Part shown: one piece after another, positions 47,406-58,042 of the stretch
Layout of the letters: every line of letters starts with the position of its first letter
How positions within the stretch are numbered: the stretch's first letter is position 1
Source of the DNA: a virus
Direction: 5' to 3' (one strand)
Virus record (IMG/VR): IMGVR_UViG_3300045988_080648
DNA length: 64,000 nt
The notes under the pieces: model-generated
Seen by the model: the letters and a program-made list of their open reading frames with translations, nothing else
The model's database searches: none
Told to the model about the DNA's origin: nothing
Translations under genes and position numbers: made by a program

Positions 47406-47691
47406 TGTTCCAGTAATTAACAATTCTAAAAATCCACTTCCTAAGTATGAAACAACTGAAGCTGCTGGTATGGATTTACGAGCTAGTTTAACTAATCTTT
47501 CCCCTAAATTTTTATTTAATGCTTATATAGAAAGTGGTAAAGTAATCATTGAGCCTAGAGGTAGAGCATTAATTCCTACAGATTTACATATGTCTATCCC
47601 AGAAGGTTATGAACTACAGATTAGACCAAGAAGTGGACTGGCATTAAAATATGGTATTACAGTATTGAATACTCCTGGAACTATTGACGCT
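47389..47691 (+). CDS. dut: dUTPase, exon 1 (ends ...LNTPGTIDA inside motif III)
   Basis: ORF track 47389-47706. dUTPase motifs AAGMDLRA and [10 protein letters not shown]. Confidence 0.65.
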
Positions 47692-48625
47692 GAAAAATAT
47701 TTTTAAAATTCCTTGGGACAATCGATAAAATAGCTATATTATAAAATATAATTATCAGATAATTTTATTAATTAATAATTATAATATAGTTATGAGTGAA
47801 TGTAAATATTGTAAAAAAGAATTTATTCCAAATGAGTCTGCTAGACAATTTCCTAAAACATTTTGTTCTTATTCTTGTTATGAACATTGGTTGAAAGAAA
47901 ATAAAGAACCAAATTGTGTATGTGCTTATTGTAAAATTCCTATGTATAGAAAGCCTTCCCAAATTAAAAGAGCTGTGCATGGAGTAACTTGCTCTAAAGA
48001 GTGTGCTAATAAATTAAAAGCTATTTATTATTCTGGAAAAGGTAATCCTCAATATGGATTAATAGGAGATAAAAATGCTTCATTTAAAGGTATAGAAATA
48101 CTAAGTAATTATGGGTATATTCTTGAGTATGCCCCAAATCATCCTTTTCCTCATAATAAAAGCGTAAAGGGTACTAGAGTGCTTCAACATAGATTAATAA
48201 TAGAGCGAAATGCTGATAAATTTGATGATAAGTATTTCATAATCATAAATAATAAGAAATATTTAAAATTAGAATATGAAGTACATCATAAAAACGAAAT
48301 TAAAACAGATAATCGCTTAGAAAATTTACAAATAGTAACAGCTAATGAACATAGGAAAATTCATAATAATACTAAGAAAATTATAAGAGATGAAAAAGGT
48401 CAAATAATCGGCGTCAAAAAATCGGACAAAATCGGGGAAGGCTGTGATGCTAATCCCGAGCTAACTAATTAAATTACGAAAGGTTAATTAGTAGTGTAAC
48501 GCATAGTAGTTGAATAAATATAATACTACCACGAGTGCCCGACACTTATGTGAAAAGATATGCTGAACTATAGCAAATAAGAAGCTATAGAACTATAGGA
48601 TAAAAAGCCTATAGGGTAACAAATG
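47692..48625 (+). mobile_element. group I-type intron in dut (about 930 nt) carrying an HNH endonuclease gene. The 5' exon ends in T and the intron ends in G.
   Basis: Splicing restores motif III as [15 protein letters not shown]. Confidence 0.6.
47792..48472 (+). CDS. intron-encoded HNH endonuclease (Cys-rich Zn-binding N-terminus; HNH motif EVHHKNEIKTDNRLENLQIVTANEHRKIH)
   Basis: ORF track. HNH motif. Confidence 0.65.
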   Translation: MSECKYCKKEFIPNESARQFPKTFCSYSCYEHWLKENKEPNCVCAYCKIPMYRKPSQIKRAVHGVTCSKECANKLKAIYYSGKGNPQYGLIGDKNASFKGIEILSNYGYILEYAPNHPFPHNKSVKGTRVLQHRLIIERNADKFDDKYFIIINNKKYLKLEYEVHHKNEIKTDNRLENLQIVTANEHRKIHNNTKKIIRDEKGQIIGVKKSDKIGEGCDANPELTN

Positions 48626-48811
48626 GATTATACAGGAAATATAGGAATTATTCTCATAAATCATGGAGAAAAACCGTTTATGGTAGAAAATGGAGACAGA
48701 ATTGCACAAGGAGTATTTGCTAAAATAGTTAATGCTGAATTTCAGTCAGTAGATTCTTTAGAAAAAACTGAAAGAGGTGATGGAGGTTTTGGACATACTG
48801 ATGTAAAATGA
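48626..48811 (+). CDS. dut: dUTPase, exon 2 ([28 protein letters not shown]...)
   Basis: ORF track 48623-48811 minus the ATG that belongs to the intron 3' end. Confidence 0.6.
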   Translation, partial: DYTGNIGIILINHGEKPFMVENGDRIAQGVFAKIVNAEFQSVDSLEKTERGDGGFGHTDVK

Positions 48812-49263
48812 TAAGTAAAAAATCTTTTTTAGAGAAATTAAGAGTATTAGGTAATCAATACGCTAATAACATAGTACTTAATTCTAAGAATAAAGATGCT
48901 AAAGATATTATAATATCTGATTACTTACAAGGAGCATCAGATTCTTATGCTACTTTCAGAACTTATGATAAAAAAAGATTTTGTGATTCCTTAAGAGATA
49001 TTTTACATTATCAGAGAGAACTAAATAAACTCGAAGATACCTTAGGTTGTGAAATATGTGAATCATCTATATGTGAGTCTGTAACTTTTATTATAACTAG
49101 TTTAATAAGAGCTTTAGCTAATGATGATTCTGAAACTAGGGATGATATTGAATGGTGGCTATATGAAGATGTAGAAAAAGAATGGGTTATAGATGGAGAA
49201 CTTGTAAAAGTAGAAACTCCTGAACAATTTTATGATGCTTTAAAGAAATTGAATCGTGTCTGA
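48808..49263 (+). CDS. hypothetical protein (151 aa)
   Basis: ORF track. Confidence 0.45.
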   Translation: MISKKSFLEKLRVLGNQYANNIVLNSKNKDAKDIIISDYLQGASDSYATFRTYDKKRFCDSLRDILHYQRELNKLEDTLGCEICESSICESVTFIITSLIRALANDDSETRDDIEWWLYEDVEKEWVIDGELVKVETPEQFYDALKKLNRV

Positions 49264-50497
49264 CTTATTTGAAAAAGAATTTCAAACAAATGCTTATTTA
49301 GTATCTAAAGATGCTAAAGGTAAAGTTAGATGTGTAAGACTATGGTATGAGTGGAGTGATTCCGCTCATGCCTATCTTATTAAAAGACAGTCTTGGCAAT
49401 TAAATGGTAAAAGACTGGACCATCCAGATATTCCTATAAAGAAAGGATTAGTCAGTAGAACTCTTAGGGAACAAACTCAACTTCAGTTTAACTCTAAACT
49501 TAAAGAATATAAGGATAAAGGTTATAAAGAAGTTGAAGAAGATCCTGATAATAAAGATGAGAAAATAATTTTAAACTTTCTTCCTGAGTATAATACTGAT
49601 TCTTATAACCATATTAAACCTATGTTGGCTAAACAGGAGAAAAAAGTTATTAAACGAGAAATATTTGATAATGAATGGTTAGCTAGTAGGAAAATTAATG
49701 GATTAAGATGTTGTTTTTATTGGGATGGTAAACATATTAAAACTTACTCAAGAGGTGGGGAAAATTATGATTTATCTACCCAACATTTAACTAAACATCC
49801 AATTTTAATAGAAATTTTTAAAAAATTTCCAACATTAGTATTAGATTCAGAATTATATAAACACGGAAAATCTTTGCAACAAATATCTGGAGCAGCTAGA
49901 TTAGAAAGAAATGCAGTGGATTGTGATTGGTTAGAAATTTATTGTTATGATTGTTTCTTTACTAATAAAATGGGAGTTCCTGCAAAACAACGTGAATTAT
50001 TTCTTATAAAGCTATTTAAAAGTTATAACATATATGGATTTAATCCTATTAGAGAATGGCAACAAGGAGAACTTCAAATACAATTAGTACCCCAAGTAAA
50101 AGTATCAGGTTGGGAAAACATTGAAAAATTACATAATAAATATGTTTCTGAAGGATTTGAGGGTGTTGTATTAAGAGATCCTGATAAGCCTTATAAGCCA
50201 AACTCTAGGGGTAATCAAATGATAAAAGTAAAACATTACTTAGATGCTACTTATAAAGTTATCGACTATGAATTAGGGTTACGAGGTTCAGAGGATATGA
50301 CTTTTATTTTACAAATGCCTAATGGTCAAACTTTTAAAGCAAGTCCAATGGGAGATAGAGCTACAAAAGCTGATTATGTCGAAAATTTTGACAAAAAATA
50401 TAAAAATCATTTAGGGGATTGTAAATATTTTGAAATATCCGATAGTGGAATTCCTTGTCAACCAAAATTCACAGTATTTCGGTTTGATTTAGAGTAA
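49256..50497 (+). CDS. ATP-dependent polynucleotide ligase (nucleotidyltransferase motifs I KINGLR, III LDSELY, IV FEGVVLRD, V MIKVK). Unusually, motif I has Asn in place of the Asp of the KxDGxR consensus.
   Basis: ORF track. Ligase/capping-enzyme superfamily motifs in the canonical order. Confidence 0.6.
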   Translation: MSDLFEKEFQTNAYLVSKDAKGKVRCVRLWYEWSDSAHAYLIKRQSWQLNGKRLDHPDIPIKKGLVSRTLREQTQLQFNSKLKEYKDKGYKEVEEDPDNKDEKIILNFLPEYNTDSYNHIKPMLAKQEKKVIKREIFDNEWLASRKINGLRCCFYWDGKHIKTYSRGGENYDLSTQHLTKHPILIEIFKKFPTLVLDSELYKHGKSLQQISGAARLERNAVDCDWLEIYCYDCFFTNKMGVPAKQRELFLIKLFKSYNIYGFNPIREWQQGELQIQLVPQVKVSGWENIEKLHNKYVSEGFEGVVLRDPDKPYKPNSRGNQMIKVKHYLDATYKVIDYELGLRGSEDMTFILQMPNGQTFKASPMGDRATKADYVENFDKKYKNHLGDCKYFEISDSGIPCQPKFTVFRFDLE

Positions 50498-50586
50498 TAC
50501 TAAAATTTTACTAAAAATATCTAGACTAATTATTTTTAATAGACTATATTGATACTATTAATTAAAATGTTAAAATATTTTTAGTA

Positions 50587-51795
50587 ATGACAAAAAAGGA
50601 AAAATTTATTACTCAATCAATTGAAAAATTTGGTGACAAATTTGATTATTCTAAAGTAACAGATATTAATAATAAAGAAATAGATAAAATTACAATTATA
50701 TGTCCTATACATGGTGAATTTGAGACTACTCCTAAATCATTTTTAATATCTAAATATGGTTGTAAAAAATGTGCTAACCAACAAAAAGGAAAACATTATC
50801 GAACAGATAAAAATAATTTAAGTTCTGTTGATACACATATCCCACATATAGAAAATCCTATTATATCAAAATCTTTAGTTGTGGGTACTGTATACTGTTT
50901 TATTAATAGTATTAATGGTAAAAAATATATTGGAGAAACAGTAAAGAAAGATTATACTGTTAGATTTAATGAACATAGAAGTAAAAGTGAAAGAGGAGTA
51001 GTAACTTATTTCTATAATGCTATCCGAAAATATGGATGGGATGCTTTTAATAAATATATCATATATCAAACTGAACCATATGAAGATACTGAGGAGAATA
51101 GAAAAAAATTAAATGATATTGTAAATAAAAAAGAAATTGAGTTTATTAATAAATACAATACTACAAATCCTAATTTTGGCTATAATTTAACAAAAGGAGG
51201 AGACGGAGTTTTAGGTTACCATTTTTCTAAAGAAACCAAAGAAAAAATGAGTAAATCTCATCAAGGAGAAAAACATTGGAATTATGGTAAAAGAAATGAA
51301 GGTAAATCTAGAGCAATTTTACAATTTGATTTAGATGGAAATTATATAGCAGAGTTCCCATCTATGGCAGAAATTACACGACAATTAGGATATAAAGCTA
51401 ATAATGTATGCAGATGTTGTGATAATTTAATAGGTTCTTATATGGGATATATTTGGGTACGAAAAGATGATTATTATGAAGGCTATATTCAAAAATACAA
51501 ATCAAGAGTAAAATGTAAATCTAATGATAAGGAAGTTTTACAATATACTTTTTTAGGAGATTATGTAGCTTCCTATATAAGCTGTGCAGAAGCAAAAAGA
51601 ACTTTAAAAATGGGATATAGCCCTTCAGGAGCTGCCTCTGGAACTGATTTTTCAGCAGGAGGTTATATATGGATATATAAAAAAGATTTTACAGAAGATT
51701 TATTAAAAGAAAAATTAGAGCTTGTAAAAAGTAGTCGTAATTATAAAAAAATTGTGAGTAATCTTAGACAGGCAGCTTTAATTAATCGTAATTAA
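50587..51795 (+). CDS. free-standing GIY-YIG homing endonuclease (GIY-YIG core VYCFINSINGKKYIGET ... YFYNAIRKYG; NUMOD3-like repeats KEKMSKSHQGEKHW)
   Basis: ORF track. GIY-YIG and NUMOD motifs. Confidence 0.65.
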   Translation: MTKKEKFITQSIEKFGDKFDYSKVTDINNKEIDKITIICPIHGEFETTPKSFLISKYGCKKCANQQKGKHYRTDKNNLSSVDTHIPHIENPIISKSLVVGTVYCFINSINGKKYIGETVKKDYTVRFNEHRSKSERGVVTYFYNAIRKYGWDAFNKYIIYQTEPYEDTEENRKKLNDIVNKKEIEFINKYNTTNPNFGYNLTKGGDGVLGYHFSKETKEKMSKSHQGEKHWNYGKRNEGKSRAILQFDLDGNYIAEFPSMAEITRQLGYKANNVCRCCDNLIGSYMGYIWVRKDDYYEGYIQKYKSRVKCKSNDKEVLQYTFLGDYVASYISCAEAKRTLKMGYSPSGAASGTDFSAGGYIWIYKKDFTEDLLKEKLELVKSSRNYKKIVSNLRQAALINRN

Positions 51796-51807
51796 ACAAT
51801 TATATTA

Positions 51808-52122
51808 ATGAGTTCTACAGCTGATAGAAGTAATGGTAAAATACTTAGGAATTATATATATGCTAATATATCTTTACATAAATTAGCTAAAATTCTTATA
51901 GAAGATTGGCAAATAGCAGATAGACAAAGATTTCCTAGTATTTATAAATTATTTTCACTTAATTGCCCCCGATATGGAGCTCAAATAAACGCTTTTATAG
52001 ATATTTTGGATATTAAATATTATTGGTATATTTTATATCCTATTATAAAAGAAATAAATTCAGAAGTATTAAGTGAATATGATGAGCATTTGTATAATGA
52101 AATAAAAAATTCTTTATTATAA
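51808..52122 (+). CDS. hypothetical protein (104 aa)
   Basis: ORF track. Confidence 0.4.
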   Translation: MSSTADRSNGKILRNYIYANISLHKLAKILIEDWQIADRQRFPSIYKLFSLNCPRYGAQINAFIDILDIKYYWYILYPIIKEINSEVLSEYDEHLYNEIKNSLL

Positions 52123-52811
52123 TGGCTAAAATTTGCGTACTAAGTGACCTACATGGTCATCTACCAAGAATTGAACCTTGTGAGTTAGTATTAATAGCAG
52201 GAGATATAGTTCCTTTAAATATTCAATTTGATAATGCTGAATCTACTTTATGGTTTTTAGATGAATTTACAAAATGGATTGATTCTCTTCCTTGTGATGA
52301 AGTTATTATGGTTGCAGGTAATCACGATAAGCTTATAGAAAGAGCCTCTTTCATAATTCATGCAGTAGAATCTAAAACTGATTTTAAACTTACATATTTG
52401 TCAGGAACTACTTATGAATATATAGCTAGGAATCTTAAACATTATAAAATATACGGCTCTCCTTTCTGTCATAAGTTTGGTAACTGGTCATTTATGCAAA
52501 GTGAGGAATGGTTAAAAGATTATTATAATAATATTCCAGAAGATACTGATATAATTTTAACTCACGATACTCCAATGTTAGGTGATTTAGATTTATTACC
52601 TCCTAATCAATGGAATCCAAAAGCTGTTCACGCTGGAGGTAAATCTTTAGCAGATGCTATTTGTAGAGTACAACCTAGATATGTATTTTGTGGGCATTTA
52701 CATACTTGCAAAGACAAATATTTAAAATTAAATAATACTGAAATATATAACGTATCTATATTAGATAATAATTATAAAGAGATTTATAAACCATTATACT
52801 TGGATATTTAA
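52122..52811 (+). CDS. metallophosphoesterase (motifs SDLHGH, AGDIV, AGNHD)
   Basis: ORF track. MPE motifs. Confidence 0.6.
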   Translation: MAKICVLSDLHGHLPRIEPCELVLIAGDIVPLNIQFDNAESTLWFLDEFTKWIDSLPCDEVIMVAGNHDKLIERASFIIHAVESKTDFKLTYLSGTTYEYIARNLKHYKIYGSPFCHKFGNWSFMQSEEWLKDYYNNIPEDTDIILTHDTPMLGDLDLLPPNQWNPKAVHAGGKSLADAICRVQPRYVFCGHLHTCKDKYLKLNNTEIYNVSILDNNYKEIYKPLYLDI

Positions 52812-52812
52812 A

Positions 52813-53148
52813 ATGAAAGACGTAGTAGCTAATGAAAAATTACCATACATTCCGGAGACCTTTACTCTCGGATGTCACACCTTCAAAGTACAATTATACG
52901 AAGAATTATACGATGGCAACGACCCATTATATGGACAATTCGATTATGATGAGCAGGTCATTAGACTTAGAATATTTAAAGATAATGGTGAGCCTTTATC
53001 AAGGGAATGTGTTCTTAACACATATTATCATGAGCTTTTCCACGCCTTTAACTATTTGTGGAATACTGGAGGCGATGAATCGCTTGCTAGTACTTTTGCA
53101 ATGTTAATGTGCGAGTACGAAACATCTAGAAAATATGCCAAAGAATAA
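52813..53148 (+). CDS. hypothetical protein (111 aa)
   Basis: ORF track. Confidence 0.45.
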   Translation: MKDVVANEKLPYIPETFTLGCHTFKVQLYEELYDGNDPLYGQFDYDEQVIRLRIFKDNGEPLSRECVLNTYYHELFHAFNYLWNTGGDESLASTFAMLMCEYETSRKYAKE

Positions 53149-53449
53149 AATAAAAGTTCCGAAAGTATTAATAGAAAAGAAACCTAAAGTTAAATATGTT
53201 TCTCCTATTAAAGATTATTCAGTATCTTATGATGCAGTTATTAAGATTAGACAAACAAGTCTTCAACCAGTAATACCTGCTAAAATTAGAACTGATAAAA
53301 GAAACTTCGTTGGAAAACTTCCTGAAGAAGTTCTTAATCAATTATCTAAAATTATATCAGAAGCTATTAAATCATCGTGCTCTTTCTGCACAGAAGTAGT
53401 TTCTGTAGATAATATAAAATTTGATCAAACTTTAATAAAAGAAGACTAA
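53135..53449 (+). CDS. hypothetical protein (104 aa)
   Basis: ORF track. Confidence 0.45.
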   Translation: MPKNKIKVPKVLIEKKPKVKYVSPIKDYSVSYDAVIKIRQTSLQPVIPAKIRTDKRNFVGKLPEEVLNQLSKIISEAIKSSCSFCTEVVSVDNIKFDQTLIKED

Positions 53450-53793
53450 TGATTTATTTTATTATAGAGGATTCTCATTTTGGCTCTCATGTAGAACAAA
53501 TATCTACTGACTTTAATAAATTACGGGAAAATTTTCCTGATAAAGTAATCTATACTACAGATTATATGAATGTAGATGATACTTTATATAATATAGTAGA
53601 TTATTCTAATATGCCGTATAAACCTTATGATGGTACTGAAATAACTAATTGTTACTTATATCGTAATAATTTTTATGAGTGTGATGAAGATTTGCCAGAA
53701 GAATTAGATCCAGATGAATATATGTGTACCTATTATAGAACTTACACAAAAGGTTCTCTAACTTCAACATGGCATAAAGATGGCTGGGAATAA
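53449..53793 (+). CDS. hypothetical protein (114 aa)
   Basis: ORF track. Confidence 0.45.
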   Translation: MIYFIIEDSHFGSHVEQISTDFNKLRENFPDKVIYTTDYMNVDDTLYNIVDYSNMPYKPYDGTEITNCYLYRNNFYECDEDLPEELDPDEYMCTYYRTYTKGSLTSTWHKDGWE

Positions 53794-54604
53794 TTTAATT
53801 ACAGACGATAGTGAAGCACTACAAGCTTATCTAAATAACATTACTTATTCTACCCCATTATCTTTAGAGGAAGAGAAAGAATGTGCTGATACTGGAAATT
53901 GGGAGAAATTAGTAAATGCTAATTTAAAGTTTGTAGTAACTGTAGCTAAAAAGTTTCAGAATAAAGGATTACCTTTATCTGATTTAATAGCTGAAGGAAA
54001 TATAGGTCTTATTCATGCTAGCCATTTATATAAAAGTGAGTATAATGTTAAATTTATAACTTATGCTGTATGGCATATAAGTGAAGCTATTCGTAGAGCT
54101 ATTCATTATAAAGCAGATACTGTTAGAGTTCCTGTAAGTCAAAAGCTTACTTATAATAAGGCTGCTAAAGTTATAAATAAATACTGGCAAACTGAAGATA
54201 GACCTCCATCAGATGATGAATTAGAGGAAGCTACTGGTAAAACCATGAAACAAATTAATGGAGCTATAAATGCTAAAAAAATATGTATGTCTTTAGATAC
54301 TCCATTAGGTAGTAATGGTGATGATGATGATTCTACTTTAGTAGATATTGTTAAAAATAATAATAGTCCTCTAGCAGATAATAATATAGAACAAGCTTAT
54401 AAGACTAATGTCATTAACAAAGTTTTAAATGGACTTTCTAATAAAGAACATGACATAATAATTTTATGCTATGGATTTACTGGGCAAGAATACACTCCTG
54501 AACTTATATCTCCTTTATTTGGATGTACGCCAGAACGTATTAGACAAATTAGGAAAGAAGCAATCAAAAAACTTAGAAAAAGAAAAATTCTTAAAAACAT
54601 TTAA
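53780..54604 (+). CDS. sigma-70 family RNA polymerase sigma factor (region 2 LVNANLKFVVTVAKKF...DLIAEGNIGLIHA; region 4 near the C-terminus)
   Basis: ORF track. Conserved sigma-70 region 2.1-2.4 pattern. Confidence 0.65.
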   Translation: MAGNNLITDDSEALQAYLNNITYSTPLSLEEEKECADTGNWEKLVNANLKFVVTVAKKFQNKGLPLSDLIAEGNIGLIHASHLYKSEYNVKFITYAVWHISEAIRRAIHYKADTVRVPVSQKLTYNKAAKVINKYWQTEDRPPSDDELEEATGKTMKQINGAINAKKICMSLDTPLGSNGDDDDSTLVDIVKNNNSPLADNNIEQAYKTNVINKVLNGLSNKEHDIIILCYGFTGQEYTPELISPLFGCTPERIRQIRKEAIKKLRKRKILKNI

Positions 54605-55825
54605 ATGATTTATTTAGTTACCAAGGTTAAAGCTTTATTCAAATCTTCTAAATATGAATGTATTTCTGTAGAAAAAAGTAAAGAAATTATTAATTCTATG
54701 AAAAAAATTAGAGGATTAGATACTGAGACTATGGGATTAAATCCTCATACTAAAGCATTATTAACAGTTCAGATAGGTACTAAAGAAAATCAAGTAGTAA
54801 TTGATTGCACTACTATAAATATTTGGGAATATAAAGATATATTAGAAGATTCCAATATTTTATATATCTTAGCTAATGCTAAATTTGATATCCAATTCTT
54901 CTTTAAACATAACATTATATTATCTAAAGTATGGGATGTAATGTTAGCTGAAAAGATTAGATATTTAGGATATCCTAAAGGTAGTTTCCATGCTGACTTA
55001 AAGACCCTTGAATACAAATACCTTAATAAATATATGGATAAAACTGTTCGAGGTAAAATTACTAAAGTTGGTCTAACTGAAGAAGTAATAGTTTATGCAG
55101 CTAATGATGTAGTAGATTTGGAAGATTTAATGAATGCCCAAATAAAAGCTTTAGAAAAAGAAGAGTTGGTAAAGGCAGTACAATTAGAGAATAGATTTGT
55201 TATTCCATTAGCTTATATGGAATGGTGTGGAGTAAAATTAGACGTAAAAAAATGGAAAGCTAAAATGGTAAAAGATGCTAAACGTTTAAAGATTGCTCTA
55301 ACTAAATTAAATGATTGGGTAGTAAAACATTATGGAAAAGACTCTAGATTTACTAAAGTAGATTTACAAGGAGATTTATTTTTAGGATTTAATACTGACC
55401 CACAGTGTGCTATAAATTGGAATAGTGCAGCTCAAGTAATTCCATTATTCAAAGCTATTGGAATAAATACTTCTACTATAGATAGTAAAACAAGGAAATT
55501 AAAAGATTCTGTAGATGCTAAATTATTAGAGCCTCAGGCTAAGGATTTTGAAATTCTTCCTATTTATCTAGATTATAAAGAAGCTCAAAAAGTATGCTCT
55601 ACTTATGGACAAAACTGGCTAGACCAAATAAATCCTGAAACTGGTAGAATATATACTAAATTTAATCAGTTAGGCACTAATACTGCCAGAATATCTAGTG
55701 GTGGAAAAGATAAAAATGCTCAAATAGAATATGTAAATTTTCTTAATCTTCCAGCAGATCCAGAAACTAGAAGTTGTTTTATCGCAGAGAAAGGTAACTC
55801 TTGGATTTCCATAGACTACTCGGGT
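54605..55825 (+). CDS. polA: family-A DNA polymerase, exon 1 (3'-5' exonuclease motifs LDTETMGL, ANAKFDIQFF, YAANDV; polymerase motif TGRIYTKFNQLGTNTARISS; ends in motif A ...ISIDYSG)
   Basis: ORF track 54605-55834, trimmed to the inferred splice donor. Confidence 0.65.
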
Positions 55826-56146
55826 AAAAAATAAACATATAAACTATAACATTTTTATAGTATATTTTGAATAATCTATCCGTAAATAAATCAGAGGATG
55901 TGTTAAAAATGTTTTATAGTTTATATCATAATGCTCATTATTTTCTAAAAAGAAAATATGAAAAATTTGGCCCCCTTGTAAGGAAACTTACAGGTGAAAA
56001 CCTCGTAAATTCAGTTAATGAACGGGCATTATCAAAGACTGAGCCAAGCCTTATAATAAAGGAAGGTGCAGAGACTAGAAACGAGGAGCCTAAAATAAAT
56101 GATTAAATTTATCATGGCTGAGGTATAGTCCAGCGTGTTTACGTAG
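55826..56146 (+). mobile_element. group I-type intron 1 in polA (about 320 nt). It contains only a 79-aa ORF (55867-56106) with no recognisable endonuclease motif. The 5' exon ends in T and the intron ends in G (the G of TAG).
   Basis: Splicing joins DYSG to QESFIMASISNDKALIHELMEGSGDLHSLTA, which is motif A and its continuation. Confidence 0.5.
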
Positions 56147-56343
56147 CAAGAAAGTTTCATTATGGCTTCTATCTCTAATGATAAAGCTTTAATACATGAA
56201 TTAATGGAAGGAAGTGGAGATCTACATTCTCTAACTGCCTATATGAGTTATCCTGATCAAATACCTAGAGATACAAAAATAACAGAAATTAAAGAAAAGT
56301 ATCACCATCTTAGACAAGAAGCCAAAGGAATAGAATTTGCCAT
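56147..56343 (+). CDS. polA: polA exon 2 (motif B region ...RQEAKGIEFAI)
   Basis: ORF track 56162-56353, with boundaries re-set from the splice-site reasoning. Confidence 0.5.
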
Positions 56344-57606
56344 TAATCCTTAAATTATTGCAATTTTTATTTTGATATAATTCGCTATAAACTATATTAC
56401 TATTAATAAATATTTTAGTAATATGGATATAGAAAAAGAATTAAAAATCAAAAGCTTGTATGAAAAAGATACAAAGATTAGTGAAATTTTAAAGATTTGT
56501 AAATGTAGTAGTGCTACAGTAAATAAAGTAAGAGAAAAATATAATTTACCTAAAAGAAGGAATTCCCCCTCAAAGATTCCTATAAATGAATCTTTAGTAG
56601 TAAAATTATATACCGAAGGAGTAATATTAACTGAAATTACAAAAACTTGTCATTGCAGTACCAACACTGTCTCAGCAATACTAGATAAATATAATATTCC
56701 AAAACGTTCTCAGAGAATAAATAAAAAACCTAATAAGGATTTAAGTAAATTTATGGATTTAACTTCTCCAGAAACTCAATATTGGATAGGATTTATATGT
56801 GCCGATGGCAATATAAATTATAATCCAGAAAAAAGAGCTTATAAAGTTTCTCTATTTAGTAAGGATGAAGAAGTCATAATTAAATTTATAAAATATTTTG
56901 GAGAAAATACAGTTTGTAGAAGTGACAGACCTACAGGTATAAAAGAAGCCTATATATGCTCTAAAGAACTTTGTGAATATTTTATTAATGTATTAAATAT
57001 TACTCCTAATAAGTCTCTTACATTAAATCCTAATATTGAGTATACTAACAATTTTATTTTAGGCTATTTTGATGGAGACGGAAGCATTAGAAACAGTTCA
57101 GAAAAACAAATTAGATACGAGTGTAATATTACTTGTGCTAGTAAAATATTTTTGGATAAAATAAAAACTATACTTGATAAAAATGGTATTTATTCTATTA
57201 TTTATCAACATACTGATTGTAATGCTTACAAAATTAGAATAGATAGAAAAAGTGAATCTGAAAAATTTTATCATTTTTTATACAAAGATGCAGTAGTTTG
57301 TTTATCAAGAAAATTGAAAAACTTTGTGGCACTCTATGGAAACATAGAGAATGAAAAATTGGGTGAATTGCAGGAACTTAAGGAAAATCTGCAGCCAAGC
57401 CAACCTTTAACAAAGTTGGAAGGTTCAACGACTAACTCTTGAAACTTCGTAAGAAGAATATAATAGAGACACGAGTGCCCAACACCTAAACTATAAAGCA
57501 AGGTGATGAAATAGTCTAGCCTATATGGTAACATATAGAGTCTCAGATAAAGAGCTGAGAGTTAATACAAGCGAAATTATGGTGGTGATTTTAACACTAT
57601 TCATCG
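56344..57606 (+). mobile_element. group I-type intron 2 in polA (about 1.26 kb) carrying a LAGLIDADG endonuclease gene. The 5' exon ends in T and the intron ends in G (57606).
   Basis: Splicing yields EFAINKGISIEEAKKIYENYMSGFSGLAKYQEY, the canonical motif B plus downstream helix. The 3' part contains ACACGAGTGCCCAACAC and TATGGTAACATATAGAG blocks shared with other introns. Confidence 0.5.
56423..57442 (+). CDS. intron-encoded LAGLIDADG homing endonuclease (motifs IGFICADGNI and GYFDGDGSI)
   Basis: ORF track. Confidence 0.7.
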   Translation: MDIEKELKIKSLYEKDTKISEILKICKCSSATVNKVREKYNLPKRRNSPSKIPINESLVVKLYTEGVILTEITKTCHCSTNTVSAILDKYNIPKRSQRINKKPNKDLSKFMDLTSPETQYWIGFICADGNINYNPEKRAYKVSLFSKDEEVIIKFIKYFGENTVCRSDRPTGIKEAYICSKELCEYFINVLNITPNKSLTLNPNIEYTNNFILGYFDGDGSIRNSSEKQIRYECNITCASKIFLDKIKTILDKNGIYSIIYQHTDCNAYKIRIDRKSESEKFYHFLYKDAVVCLSRKLKNFVALYGNIENEKLGELQELKENLQPSQPLTKLEGSTTNS

Positions 57607-58042
57607 AAACAAAGGTATCTCTATAGAAGAAGCTAAAAAAATATATGAAAATTATATGTCTGGTTTTTCAGGATTAGCTAAATATCAAGAGTATTGTAGA
57701 AAGATAGTGATGGAAAAAGGCTATATACTTTTAAATCCTATAAGCAAATATAGAGCACATATATATGACTTTGAATCTCTACGTTCAATGCAAGAAAAAA
57801 TGCAAGATAGGGAATTTTGGAAGTATTATAGAGAAATGAAACGAGAATCTCCTAACTGTGATACAGTACAAGAAGTACGAGATTTCTTTAAGAAAAAAGG
57901 TGAATGTGAAAGGAATAGTATAAATTATAGAATACAACACACTGGAGCTTTATGTTATAAAGTAAGTATGATTTATTTCTTTAAATGGATAGTAGAAAAT
58001 AATCTTTTTAATAAGGTTTTAATTACTATTACTCCCTACGAT
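57607..58042 (+). CDS. polA: polA exon 3 (GYILLNP...ERNSINYRIQHTGA...; ends ...ITITPYD immediately before the Glu of motif C)
   Basis: ORF track 57656-58048, with the frame open from 57590. Confidence 0.5.

Noticed and set aside
52832-53107. ORF 52832-53107 overlapping 52813-53148 in another frame
   Set aside because: It is fully nested within the better ORF and has an unlikely composition.
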